A stretch of 53,380 nt of DNA from Sandaracinaceae bacterium (GTDB lineage: Bacteria; Myxococcota_A; Polyangia; Polyangiales; Sandaracinaceae). The stretch spans positions 1 through 53,380 of the forward strand of contig JBGAQA010000018.1 of the NCBI GenBank assembly GCA_044220955.1, read 5' to 3'. The position numbers were made by a program, and so were the translations under genes. How positions within the stretch are numbered: position 1 is the first letter of the stretch; each line of letters opens with the position of its first letter. A model generated the notes under the pieces. The model saw only the letters and a list, made by a program, of their open reading frames with translations, ran no database searches and was not told the DNA's origin. Below are positions 8,561-17,651 of the stretch, piece by piece.

Positions 8561-9808
8561 TCACGGGCACCCGTTCATCGGCTCCCCGATTGCCCGCACC
8601 ACCGGATCCAGCAAGGGGCGAGCATCGCAGATGCTGCTCACCGCGAAGCCCACCCCGCGCGAGGCCATCCGGTCGGCGAGCGTCACCAGACGTCGCGCCG
8701 GCGTCGCGCTGATCGCGCCGCCCGACGCGCTGCAGGCTTCGTGCACGATCGACGTGGCCGGGTCCACGCGGACGGTCATCGCCGGATCGGCGAGGATCTG
8801 CCCGGGCGAGAGCCCGTCCGCCGCGACCGGCACGCCCGCGACGATCCCGATCACGAGCCGGCTCGGATCGATCCGCAGCGCCGCCAGCCCCGTCACGTAG
8901 CGATCGATGTCGGTGAGCGCGTCTGGGTACGACGTACATCGCAGCGCCAGCTCGGACGTATAGGTCGGCGATGCCGCATCGTAGAGCGAGAGGTCCGACG
9001 CAGAGCAGTCGTCCCGGTTCGCGACGAACACGATGGCGAGCCGCGATCCCGTGCGGACGAGCCCTTCGTTGGCATCCCCGGGGCCGCCATGGCCGGGGGT
9101 GCCGCCGGCGAACGTCGGCGGCGCGTAGCCTGGAGCGGTCCAGGGCTGTGCGCTCGCCGGAGAGAGAGCCTTCAGCGCGCTCTCGAGAGGCTGCGTGAAG
9201 CCGCACCCAGCGTGGCCGACCCTCGCGACGCACGCGAGGTCCTCGCCGAACGTGGTGGGATCATCCGCACCCGACGTGAACTCGTGAACCGCCGGGTAGG
9301 TGGCGCTGCAGCCCGCCACGGCGTCGCCCGCGGTGCGGAGCACGCCGTCGCCACTGGCGGAGCAGCCCGGGGCCGAGGATCCCACGGCGCCGAGGTCCGT
9401 CGTCACCACCCCGACGTGGATGCTTCGGAAGGGTGAGAACTCCCGGACGCCGTCGCCGTCCACGTCCCCGCTCGAGAGCTGCCGGACGAAGCGCGGGAGC
9501 TCGGCGGCGACCGTGAACTGCTCGTTCTGCGCGGACACCGAGTTGCCCACGACGAAGAGCACGTCGAGCTGGTCGACGCAGTCGGGATCGTGGCAGGTGC
9601 CCGCGACACAGCGCCCGCCCGGCCCGCAGACCGTGTCGCAGGTCCCGCAGTGGTCGGGGTCGCGTGCGAGGTCGAAGCACGCCCCGTCGCACACCGTCTG
9701 TGTCGTGTCGATGCACATCGTCGTCGACGTCGAGCCGTTGCAGGCGGGCGCGAGGCCGACGAGCCCCGACAGCAGGACCGCACACCCGAACCGGCCCCCG
9801 GCGCGCAC
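8561..9808 (-). CDS. Lipoprotein with Cys-rich module and myxobacterial VWA-like domain
   Basis: Lipobox LAPAC; CDGACFDLARDPDHCGTC; LDVLFVVGNSVS, IHVGVVTTDLG, GCGFTQPLES, LAIVFVANRDDCS, SSIC. Confidence 0.75.
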   Translation of the reverse strand: MRAGGRFGCAVLLSGLVGLAPACNGSTSTTMCIDTTQTVCDGACFDLARDPDHCGTCDTVCGPGGRCVAGTCHDPDCVDQLDVLFVVGNSVSAQNEQFTVAAELPRFVRQLSSGDVDGDGVREFSPFRSIHVGVVTTDLGAVGSSAPGCSASGDGVLRTAGDAVAGCSATYPAVHEFTSGADDPTTFGEDLACVARVGHAGCGFTQPLESALKALSPASAQPWTAPGYAPPTFAGGTPGHGGPGDANEGLVRTGSRLAIVFVANRDDCSASDLSLYDAASPTYTSELALRCTSYPDALTDIDRYVTGLAALRIDPSRLVIGIVAGVPVAADGLSPGQILADPAMTVRVDPATSIVHEACSASGGAISATPARRLVTLADRMASRGVGFAVSSICDARPLLDPVVRAIGEPMNGCP

Positions 9809-9811
9809 GGT

Positions 9812-10684
9812 TCAGCCGTTCGTCTGCCCGCGCGAGGCGAGCAGCACGCACGACTCGGCGGCGAGCCGTGCGACGAGGTACTTGTAGAAGGGCAGCACGT
9901 CCGCGCCCGCGGCGACCGCGCCGGCGGCCTTGTCGGCGATGCTCATCACCGTCGCCGCAGCCGGCAGGTGCGCGCGCGCGGAGCTGGCGATCTGGCTCAC
10001 GTAGGGCGTCACCTGCTGCACGGCGCCCTGGATCGGCGCGATGAGCGAGCCGACCATCGACTGTGCCGTGCTCGCGATCGCCCCGCCGCCCGGCAGCATG
10101 GAGATCTTGCCCGCGGCGGCGCCGCCGTGGCGCGAGAGGATCGTCGAGACGGCGTTGCCTCCGGCCGTGGCCAGGTTGTCCGCGAAGGGCAGGCCGACGT
10201 CGACGGCCGCGTAGTAGTACGCGAGCGCCTGTCCGGCGGGCGTCGTGTAGAAGGCGCTCGCCTTGTCCTGCGGCCCGCCCGGGAAGAGCTTGTAGATGAT
10301 GTACGAGATCCCGAGCAGCTTGAGCGCGGCGTCGACGCCCTGCTCGCTGTCGTTGTCGAGCGCCTTGGTGCCGCCGCCGAAGAACATCCCGAGCGCCGAC
10401 GTCACGCCCGAGTAGACGGCGATGCCGGTGTCGCCGGTGTCGATCATGCTCGCGGTGGACAGCGCGCTCGCGACGTTGTCGCTCCCGCCGAGCTTGAAGA
10501 CCATCGTGTGGGTCTGGTCCGGCAGCTGCGGGAAGAACGCCTGCGCGCACTCGCCGAGCGAGTGGTAGCTGGGCTGCTTGGGCGCGAAGGGCACCGCTCC
10601 GAAGACCGCGTTCGAGACGCGCACGGTGACCGCGCTGTCCGGGAACTCGGCGAGCACGGGATCGATGTGGTTCTTCATCTTCAT
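9812..10684 (-). CDS. Hypothetical protein, predicted helical
   Basis: Clean GC3-biased 290-aa frame (MKMKNHIDP...), AGGAG RBS and TATCCT -10-like hexamer upstream. Confidence 0.75.
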   Translation of the reverse strand: MKMKNHIDPVLAEFPDSAVTVRVSNAVFGAVPFAPKQPSYHSLGECAQAFFPQLPDQTHTMVFKLGGSDNVASALSTASMIDTGDTGIAVYSGVTSALGMFFGGGTKALDNDSEQGVDAALKLLGISYIIYKLFPGGPQDKASAFYTTPAGQALAYYYAAVDVGLPFADNLATAGGNAVSTILSRHGGAAAGKISMLPGGGAIASTAQSMVGSLIAPIQGAVQQVTPYVSQIASSARAHLPAAATVMSIADKAAGAVAAGADVLPFYKYLVARLAAESCVLLASRGQTNG

Positions 10685-10755
10685 GGCGGTGGGCTCCTGG
10701 CGCGGAGGATACGCACGCCGGGGCCGGGGCGTCACCCTGGGTCGGCGCGGCCCGG

Positions 10756-12180
10756 TCAGGGCGTCGTGACGAAGCACGCGTCCCAGGCGATCGCGCCGGC
10801 GGCGATCGCGATGCCGGTGCACTCCGCCGACTGCGTGTGCCACGCCCGCGAGCCGGCGCTGCCGGTGACGCTCAGATCGTAGATCCCGGCACCGAAGCCG
10901 GGCGTCCGCACGGCGTCGAACACGAGGCGCGTGGCGCACGGGACGGCGCCCCGCTGCTCCACCGTGAGGCCGCTGCCGCGCTCGACGAGCGAGTACCCCA
11001 TCGTGGTCACGCCCGCGCCGGCGCACGAAGCGCCCGCGCCCGTCGCCGGGCTCGCCCACTCGAGCGAGACCGCGAGCGTCGTCGGGAACGCAACGTCCAC
11101 GGAGGGAACCACGAAGCGCGCGCCCGCGGTGACCGCGAAGGGTGTCGCGCTCGGGCTCGCCCCCGCGACGGGCACACCCGACGTGTCGCGGAGCTCGACC
11201 GAGGCGAGGTAGGCGCCCGCGCGCACGAGCGCCGTGGTCCCCGAGTCGAACGCGCCGAGGTGACAGGGCGCCTGCGCGACGGCGACCCCGTGCGCGCGCG
11301 CGGCGTCGTCGGCCGCGTAGAGGACCAGCGCCGCCGTCCCCGCGGAGACGGCATCGCACACGTCGATCGAGGCGGCCTGGTGATCGAGCGTCCACGCGAA
11401 CGACAACGTCGCGTCGGTCCCGTGGGGATCGAACGTGCCCGAGGACTCGAAGTCGACGGGGACGTCGTCGTAGAGCGCCACGTGCGTGGGCCCGGCGGCG
11501 ACGTGCAGCATCGCCATCGCGCCCGAGAAGAGCACTGCCTGGTGTACGTCGAGCGCTTGCAGCTGCAGCACCACGTCGCCGGACGCCAGCACGGCCATGG
11601 GGCGGGTATCGACCAGGCCGGCGCTGCACGTCGCCGTCAGCGGCGCGAGCTCGATCGGGCGGGTGCCGTGGAACGCCACCACGCGCACGCGCGCGATGCC
11701 CAGCGCCGCGCACGAGACCGACGAGGGAGCCACGCCGTCGATCGTCCAGCGCGCCGAGACGCTCGCGTCGGAGCCGCTCGGATCGTAGCCCGACACGAAG
11801 TCGACGACCGGCACGACCGCGTGGCCTCCGGGGGTCGCGACGAGCGAGTAGCGGTTGCCCTGCGCGACGCGGGTCTCGCCGCGAAAGCCCTCCCACGCGA
11901 CGTCGTACGTGCCCGCGGCGAGGACCGGCGTGATCGTGTCGAGCCGGCCCGCCGTGCACGCCGCCTCGAGGGCCTCGATGTACTCGACGCCGCCGCTGCC
12001 CGCGTAGATCCCGAGCCGCACCGTGTCGATGCCGACCTCCGCGCAGCTCGCGGCGGTCGGCGGCGCGCCCTCGACCGTCCACGTCCCGGACACCGTCGCG
12101 TCCCCGCCCGCTGCGCCCCGGCGGCCGCACGCGCAGAGGACGAGGGCGACGACCAGGAACCACTTGCGCGTCGAGGTCAT
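10756..12180 (-). CDS. Lipoprotein with four tandem beta-rich repeat domains
   Basis: Lipobox LCAC; four units opening with W...C motifs (GTWTVEG..SC, ARWTIDG..SC, FAWTLDH..VC, LEWASP..SC). Confidence 0.75.
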   Translation of the reverse strand: MTSTRKWFLVVALVLCACGRRGAAGGDATVSGTWTVEGAPPTAASCAEVGIDTVRLGIYAGSGGVEYIEALEAACTAGRLDTITPVLAAGTYDVAWEGFRGETRVAQGNRYSLVATPGGHAVVPVVDFVSGYDPSGSDASVSARWTIDGVAPSSVSCAALGIARVRVVAFHGTRPIELAPLTATCSAGLVDTRPMAVLASGDVVLQLQALDVHQAVLFSGAMAMLHVAAGPTHVALYDDVPVDFESSGTFDPHGTDATLSFAWTLDHQAASIDVCDAVSAGTAALVLYAADDAARAHGVAVAQAPCHLGAFDSGTTALVRAGAYLASVELRDTSGVPVAGASPSATPFAVTAGARFVVPSVDVAFPTTLAVSLEWASPATGAGASCAGAGVTTMGYSLVERGSGLTVEQRGAVPCATRLVFDAVRTPGFGAGIYDLSVTGSAGSRAWHTQSAECTGIAIAAGAIAWDACFVTTP

Positions 12181-12199
12181 CCTCGATCGTAGCGCGCTC

Positions 12200-14566
12200 T
12201 CAGAGCCGAGGCAGCGTGCTCCCGAGCGGCTCGACGCGTCCCGTCTCGAGGTAGGCGTAGACGCCCCAGCTCTGCAGCACGCGGCGCGTGTAGCCGCGCG
12301 TCTCCGCGTAGGGGATCGACTCCACGAACTGGTCGAGCGGGACGTCGCCGTGCTCGCGCAGCCATCGATCGACCGCGCCCTGGCCGGCGTTGTAGGCGGC
12401 GGGGATCACCTCGGGCCCGGCCGCGTAGTGGTGGCTCAGCTCGCCGAGGTAGCGCGTGCCGAGGCGGACGTTGACGTCGGGGCGCACGAGCGCGGCGGCG
12501 TCGCTCGGCAGGCCGAGCGGGCGCGCGAGGCGCCGCGCCGTGGGCCGGATGAGCTGCATCAGGCCGTACGCGTGCGCGACCGAGACGGCGCCGGCCGAGA
12601 AGCTCGACTCCTCGCGGATGAGGCCGAACACGAGCGCGCTCGGGACGGCGGCCTCGCGCGCGCCGGCCTGCACCACCTCGGAGTAGCCTCGCGGGTACGC
12701 CAGCGCGAAGAGCGCGCGGCCCCGGTCGTCGAGCGGTGCGCCGAGCAGCCCACGGACCAGCGTCCCGCGCGTGCGCGAGATGGCGCGCTCGCTCGCGCCC
12801 GCGCGCGCGAGCAGGGCGACCACGAGCCAGCGACCCTCGTGATCGTCGCTCGTGCTCGAGAGGCCGAGCGCGTCGAGCTCGCGCTCGGCGAGCGAGACCT
12901 CGCCGGCGCGCAGGCACGCGAGCGCGCGCGCGAAGCCTGGCGTGTCGAGCTCGGGCCGGAGCGGGAACGTGAGCGGGACCTCCGCAGCCGAGGGGGAGGG
13001 CAGCGAGGTCCCCTGCTCGCGCAGCCGTCCGCGGGCGTGGCGGCCGTAGTACGAGAGCGGCCGGGCCCGGGCGATCGACTCGAACGCCGCGCGCGCATCG
13101 CTCTGCCGCCCGAGGTCGGCCAGGGTCCTCGCGCGCCAGTAGGCGATCCGCCCGCCGACGTCCTCGCGCGACTCGGCGGCGCCCTCCGCGAGAGCCGCTT
13201 CGAAGGCGACGAGCGCCGCGTCGAGCGCCCCGGCCTCGCGCTCGGTCCAGCCGAGCAAGAAGAGGGCGTCGGGCCGCATGTCGGCCTCGCTCGGTCCGTC
13301 GATCACGGCGCGGAGGTGAGCGCGGGCCGCGTCGAGGTCGCCCGACCGCAGCTCGACCGCCGCCGCCTCGTAGCGCGCGTCGTCGGCGAGCCGGTGGTCC
13401 GTCGCGCGCTCGGCGAGCGCGTCGTAGCGCGCGACGGCGAGGCCGTCCTGGCCGAGCGCGGAGTACGACTTCGCCGCGAAGTAGAGGGCCCAGGGCAGGA
13501 CCTCGGCGTCGTCGGCGCACTGGGCGATCGTGCGGTCGAGCTGCTCCGCGGCGACGGCGCGCTCGCGCGCCCGGTAGGCCGAGCGCCCCTCGCCGAGCAT
13601 CGCCGCGCAGCGCGCGGGGTCGGTGCGCGCCGCCGACTCGGCGATGGCGTGGTACGCGCGGCGCGCGTCGTCGTGTGCGTTCACCCGCGCGTACGCGTCT
13701 GCGCGTGCCAGCGCGTGCGTGGTCCCGATCTCCCGAAGCGCGCGACGACGGCGCGGCGCCAGGGTCAGGACGATCGCCGCGGCGCGCGCGTCCGCGTCCG
13801 CGCTGGACGCGGAGCCGGGGTGCAGGTCCGCGAGCGAGCGGAGCAGCTCGATCGCGCGCTCGCGATCCTCCTCGTCGTCCGCCGCGCCGAGCCGGGCGGC
13901 GAGCGCGAGGACGATCTGCGTGCGCTCGTCGTACGAGAGCGCCTCGACGTGCGAGAGCGCCGTCTCGAGCCGCTCGTCTTCGTCGGGCAGCCCCGCGGAC
14001 GCCAGCGCGAGGACGGCGCACGCCTCGGTCTGCCCGGGCCACGACGCCGTGCACGCCGGCTCCACGGTCTGACGCGCCAGGTCGAGATCGGTCGCGTGGC
14101 GAGCGAGCTCTACGCGGGCGAGCAGCGCGTGGGGGTGGTCTGCGTCGCCGATCGCGGTCCAGAGCGGCGTCGACGCGTCGATCGAGCCGGCGGCGGCGTA
14201 CGCGCGCGCCAGTCGGAACCGGAGGATCCCGGCGTCGTCGGGGGGCGCCGCGTCGATGGCGGCGCGCGCCTCGTCGAACCGGCCGTCCGCGATCGCCTCG
14301 TTCGCCGTCGCGAGCGTGGCGCCAGCCGCGGCGAGCCCAGGGTCGAAGCCGGGCGGCGTGGCCGCGGGCGCCGGAGCCGGCGGAGCGGGCGCGGGGTCGT
14401 CGGCGCGCGAGGGCGACGTCGGCTCGCAGGTCGCCGAGAGCGCGATGCAGAGCACCGCGAGCGCCCGCCGCGCTCGCCCGCCCGCCGATGTCGATTCCCG
14501 TTCGCCCACGCCTACCCCGTGCCGGTGTACGAGGCCCTGCCTCGCTCCCGCAAGTTCGTGGGACAA
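12200..14566 (-). CDS. TPR-repeat soluble lytic transglycosylase (Slt family); start uncertain
   Basis: C-terminal IREESSF, AYGLMQL, AYNAG, IPYAETRGY motifs; helical TPR-like N-region; possible lipobox LSATC. Confidence 0.88.
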   Translation of the reverse strand: MSHELAGARQGLVHRHGVGVGERESTSAGGRARRALAVLCIALSATCEPTSPSRADDPAPAPPAPAPAATPPGFDPGLAAAGATLATANEAIADGRFDEARAAIDAAPPDDAGILRFRLARAYAAAGSIDASTPLWTAIGDADHPHALLARVELARHATDLDLARQTVEPACTASWPGQTEACAVLALASAGLPDEDERLETALSHVEALSYDERTQIVLALAARLGAADDEEDRERAIELLRSLADLHPGSASSADADARAAAIVLTLAPRRRRALREIGTTHALARADAYARVNAHDDARRAYHAIAESAARTDPARCAAMLGEGRSAYRARERAVAAEQLDRTIAQCADDAEVLPWALYFAAKSYSALGQDGLAVARYDALAERATDHRLADDARYEAAAVELRSGDLDAARAHLRAVIDGPSEADMRPDALFLLGWTEREAGALDAALVAFEAALAEGAAESREDVGGRIAYWRARTLADLGRQSDARAAFESIARARPLSYYGRHARGRLREQGTSLPSPSAAEVPLTFPLRPELDTPGFARALACLRAGEVSLAERELDALGLSSTSDDHEGRWLVVALLARAGASERAISRTRGTLVRGLLGAPLDDRGRALFALAYPRGYSEVVQAGAREAAVPSALVFGLIREESSFSAGAVSVAHAYGLMQLIRPTARRLARPLGLPSDAAALVRPDVNVRLGTRYLGELSHHYAAGPEVIPAAYNAGQGAVDRWLREHGDVPLDQFVESIPYAETRGYTRRVLQSWGVYAYLETGRVEPLGSTLPRL

Positions 14567-14698
14567 CGAGCCAGCCCCGCGGGATAGTCCCGCCGTCGAT
14601 CTCGGGCGAATACAGCGTGAGCGGTCGACCCCGAGGAGGCTCGGGCGAGGCGCCCCCGGGCGCTTCGAGCCCGCGTGCCGCCGATGAATCCTGGCGAA

Positions 14699-15220
14699 CT
14701 ACTCGTGAGTGAAGGGGCCCGACCCCATGCAGGTCCCGAAGCCCGAGGCGAGCCGGTGATCGATGACGCGCGCCATCGTCGTGGACTCGAAGTAGACGTT
14801 CATCGGATTGCCCCGGCATGCGAGTCGCAGGAGGCAGGGAGGATGTGGGTCGTACTCGCCCAGCGAGACCTCGCAGGGATCGCCGGCGGTGTCGCACTCG
14901 CAGCCCGTCACGGTCCCATCGGCCCCCACCGTGAAGGCGACGGGGTGGTACTCGAGGTCGATGCTCGACATCGCCGTGCAATCGGGGCCGGAGTACGTGA
15001 ACGGACCGATGACCCACCGACCGGGGCTCCGGGCGGGGCAGGCGTATGCATCGTCGGTCGGCCCGCCATCGTCGTAGGCCGCGTCCTCAGCCAGGAACGC
15101 GTCGTTGGCGGGCGCGCTCGCGTCCTGCCCCGCTGGCGCGGACGGACAGCCTGCGAGGGTCGCCGCGAGCGCCAGCGCCAACATCCGGTGGCTCGGGGCC
15201 ATCGTTCCCACGAACCTCAT
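14699..15220 (-). CDS. Cys-containing hypothetical lipoprotein
   Basis: Lipobox LAGC; ATGA overlap with the upstream gene's stop at 15217-15220. Confidence 0.6.
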   Translation of the reverse strand: MRFVGTMAPSHRMLALALAATLAGCPSAPAGQDASAPANDAFLAEDAAYDDGGPTDDAYACPARSPGRWVIGPFTYSGPDCTAMSSIDLEYHPVAFTVGADGTVTGCECDTAGDPCEVSLGEYDPHPPCLLRLACRGNPMNVYFESTTMARVIDHRLASGFGTCMGSGPFTHE

Positions 15221-15543
15221 ATCCCGCCACCCATGCCGCCGGAGGCGATGCACTGATTCGTGGCCTCGTGCTCGGTGGAGCAGGTGGTGCCGCTACACGC
15301 GGCCGTGGCCTGGCACTCGAGCTCCGCGTTGTAGGTCGCCTGGCATCCCGCGAGGGTGTTGGCGAGCTCCGCGTTGAACGCGCTGACGCAGTCCGCCGGG
15401 CGGGCAGGCTCTCCGCAGGTCTCGATGGCATGACGGCAATATCGGCCGACCGCGGTGTTCGGATAGCCGTACGGGCTCGAGCATCCGGAAGCGAGCGCGA
15501 TCGCGAACGAAGCGGCGACGATCCTGCAACGCGATGGGGACAT
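15217..15543 (-). CDS. Small Cys-rich lipoprotein
   Basis: Lipobox ASGC; eight further Cys in about 85 aa. Confidence 0.65.
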   Translation of the reverse strand: MSPSRCRIVAASFAIALASGCSSPYGYPNTAVGRYCRHAIETCGEPARPADCVSAFNAELANTLAGCQATYNAELECQATAACSGTTCSTEHEATNQCIASGGMGGGI

Positions 15544-15662
15544 GCGCCGAGGTTTACCCGTCGTGACCGACCCGACCATGGAGCACTTGCCGACACTCGC
15601 GGCCTCTGCGCTCGCAGGAGGGACTGCCCGGGACGAGTGCGGGGCGCGCCGTGGTGCGGGCG

Positions 15663-15938
15663 TCAGCGCGGGCGGGCCAGCAACTCGCGGCGCGAGCGCA
15701 CCCCCAGCTTGCGAAAGATGCTGTGCACCTGCTTGGTGATCGTGCTGCGGGTGACCCGGCGGCGCTCCGCGATCGCGCGGTCCACGAGCCCCTCCTCGAG
15801 CAAGAGCGCGATCTCGCGCTCCGCGGCGGTGAGGGCCCGCCGGCCGTCGTGCGGCCCCAACACGTGCTCGAACACGACGTGCCGGACGCCGCCGATCTCG
15901 ATCTCGTAGGCACGCAGGCCCCGCGGCGGATCAGCCAC
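15663..15938 (-). CDS. Small stand-alone LuxR-type HTH regulator
   Basis: LTAAEREIALLLEEGL...IAERRRVTRSTITKQVHSIFRKLGVRSRRELL; GTG start overlaps the upstream gene end. Confidence 0.85.
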   Translation of the reverse strand: MADPPRGLRAYEIEIGGVRHVVFEHVLGPHDGRRALTAAEREIALLLEEGLVDRAIAERRRVTRSTITKQVHSIFRKLGVRSRRELLARPR

Positions 15939-17112
15939 GGTCGCCCTCGGCGTCGAGCGCCGCCCCATCGAGCGCCGCGCGCGCGCGGCGCACGAGCTCT
16001 CGCACGTCGGGAGCGCCGAGCTTCCTCATGGAGCGTTGCAGGTGCGTCGCGACCGTCGATGTCGTGACCCCCAGCCTGTAGGCGATCTCCTTGTTGGTCT
16101 GGCCCAGCGCCAGCTCGCCGAGCACCTGCCGCTCGCGCGCACTCAGCTTCTCGCACGCGACCACCGTGGCGCTCCGGTTGTCCCGCGCCACGAGGATCCT
16201 TCGCCCATCGGACTCGAAGCGCTCGACGAGCGTCCAGCGCCCGGCGTGCAGCGCTCGCCAGTACGCGAGGGGATCGCGCACCTCGCCCTGCCGCGCTCGG
16301 ACCACGGAGCGGGCCGCGTCGCGCAGCGCGGCGAGCCCTGGGGCGGAGGTCGCCGCCCCCTCCGCGTGCAGCACGCGACCGTCCGGGGCGAGGATCGCCT
16401 CGGAACCGGAGGTGATCGAGCGCCGGGCGCCCAGCCTGCGGCGCATGCGTGCAGCGGCCGCGAGATGGCCCGAGAGTCGCCTCAGCTTCCTTCGGTGGAC
16501 CTTGGCCATCGGGCTCGCCGCTGGGGCCCGGCGATTTCCGATGAGCGCGATCCCGTGGCCGCTCGGGTCGAGGCTCACCAGGTTCAAGGATTCCGGGTAG
16601 AACAGCCGGCTCGGCGACCGGGCGCTCCGCTCGCGTGCGAGCGCGTGCTGGTAGCCCTCGTCCTCCATGCGGCCCAGCAGCTCGGCGAAGCTCTCGATCT
16701 GCGCCGCCACGGCCGCGAAGAGCTCCGTCGTGTGAGAGACCGGCCCGAAGCGGAGCATCGCGCGCTGCGCCTCGGCCGGTGTCTGCTCGATGAGCTCGTC
16801 CCACCAGTGCGCCCGCCAGCAGGCCTGCCACGCGGGCTCACCGCCGACCAGCACCGGATCGCGGAACGGGGTGCTGGCAAGTAGATCCACGTGGAAGCCG
16901 TGCACGCCGAGCCCCGCGTCGAGCAGAGGTGCAGCGGCTTGCGTGACATTCCTGAGCCAGGTCCCGTCATCGGCGTCGGTGTCGTACGCCGCATCGAGGA
17001 TCCCCAGGACGGGGCCGTCGTTGTCGTGCATCACCGCTGACTTGACGCGTGGCGGGGCGAGGCGACTGATCGATGTCACTTCGCCGGGCGCGACCTGGGC
17101 CCGGTCGTTCAT
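15931..17112 (-). CDS. LuxR-family regulator with large N-terminal sensory region
   Basis: C-terminal LSARERQVL...GQTNKEIAYRLGVTTSTVATHL...KLG; start at 17112 or 17031. Confidence 0.85.
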   Translation of the reverse strand: MNDRAQVAPGEVTSISRLAPPRVKSAVMHDNDGPVLGILDAAYDTDADDGTWLRNVTQAAAPLLDAGLGVHGFHVDLLASTPFRDPVLVGGEPAWQACWRAHWWDELIEQTPAEAQRAMLRFGPVSHTTELFAAVAAQIESFAELLGRMEDEGYQHALARERSARSPSRLFYPESLNLVSLDPSGHGIALIGNRRAPAASPMAKVHRRKLRRLSGHLAAAARMRRRLGARRSITSGSEAILAPDGRVLHAEGAATSAPGLAALRDAARSVVRARQGEVRDPLAYWRALHAGRWTLVERFESDGRRILVARDNRSATVVACEKLSARERQVLGELALGQTNKEIAYRLGVTTSTVATHLQRSMRKLGAPDVRELVRRARAALDGAALDAEGDRG

Positions 17113-17203
17113 GGAGCATCGGGCGAGCGCCTCGCTCTGGCCCCGGTCCGTCAGCAGCACCAGCCTGACGCCTACGTCCGCGCGTGGACGCAAAGCCCGG
17201 GGC

Positions 17204-17641
17204 TCAGCGGACGAGATCGTCGGCCTCGTCGTCCTCGTCGCGCTGCCGATCCGCGCGCGCGTCGGCCTCGGCCCGCTCGATACGCCCCGCGACCAGGCGA
17301 CGCTCGCCGTGCGCCTCGCCGAGCGCGGCCCGTGCCGCCTCCTCTGCCTGGCCCGCGCGTGCGCGCGCCGCCGACGCTGCGTCGAGTCCGAGCCGTGCGG
17401 CTCGAACTCGCTCGCGTAGCCGTGCTCGCCGCGCCTCACCCAGCGCGCGCTCGGCCGCCGTCATGACCGGCTCGTCGACTGCCGCGGCGAGCGCCCTCTC
17501 GGCCTCCCGCACGCGCTCGCTCGCCTCGGCCAGCGCATCCTCGGCCCGCGCACGGGTGGCCTGCGCCTCGCCGAGCGCTCGCGCCCGCTGCTCCTGGCGC
17601 GCGTTGGCCACCGTGGCGAGCGCGCGCAGTCCGTCCGTCAC
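17204..17641 (-). CDS. Coiled-coil protein, FliJ/SctO-like
   Basis: 145 aa, Ala/Arg/Glu heptad-rich throughout, acidic end RQRDEDDEADD. Family assignment by pattern only. Confidence 0.5.
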   Translation of the reverse strand: MTDGLRALATVANARQEQRARALGEAQATRARAEDALAEASERVREAERALAAAVDEPVMTAAERALGEARRARLRERVRAARLGLDAASAARARAGQAEEAARAALGEAHGERRLVAGRIERAEADARADRQRDEDDEADDLVR

Positions 17642-17651
17642 GGGCGCGCGC

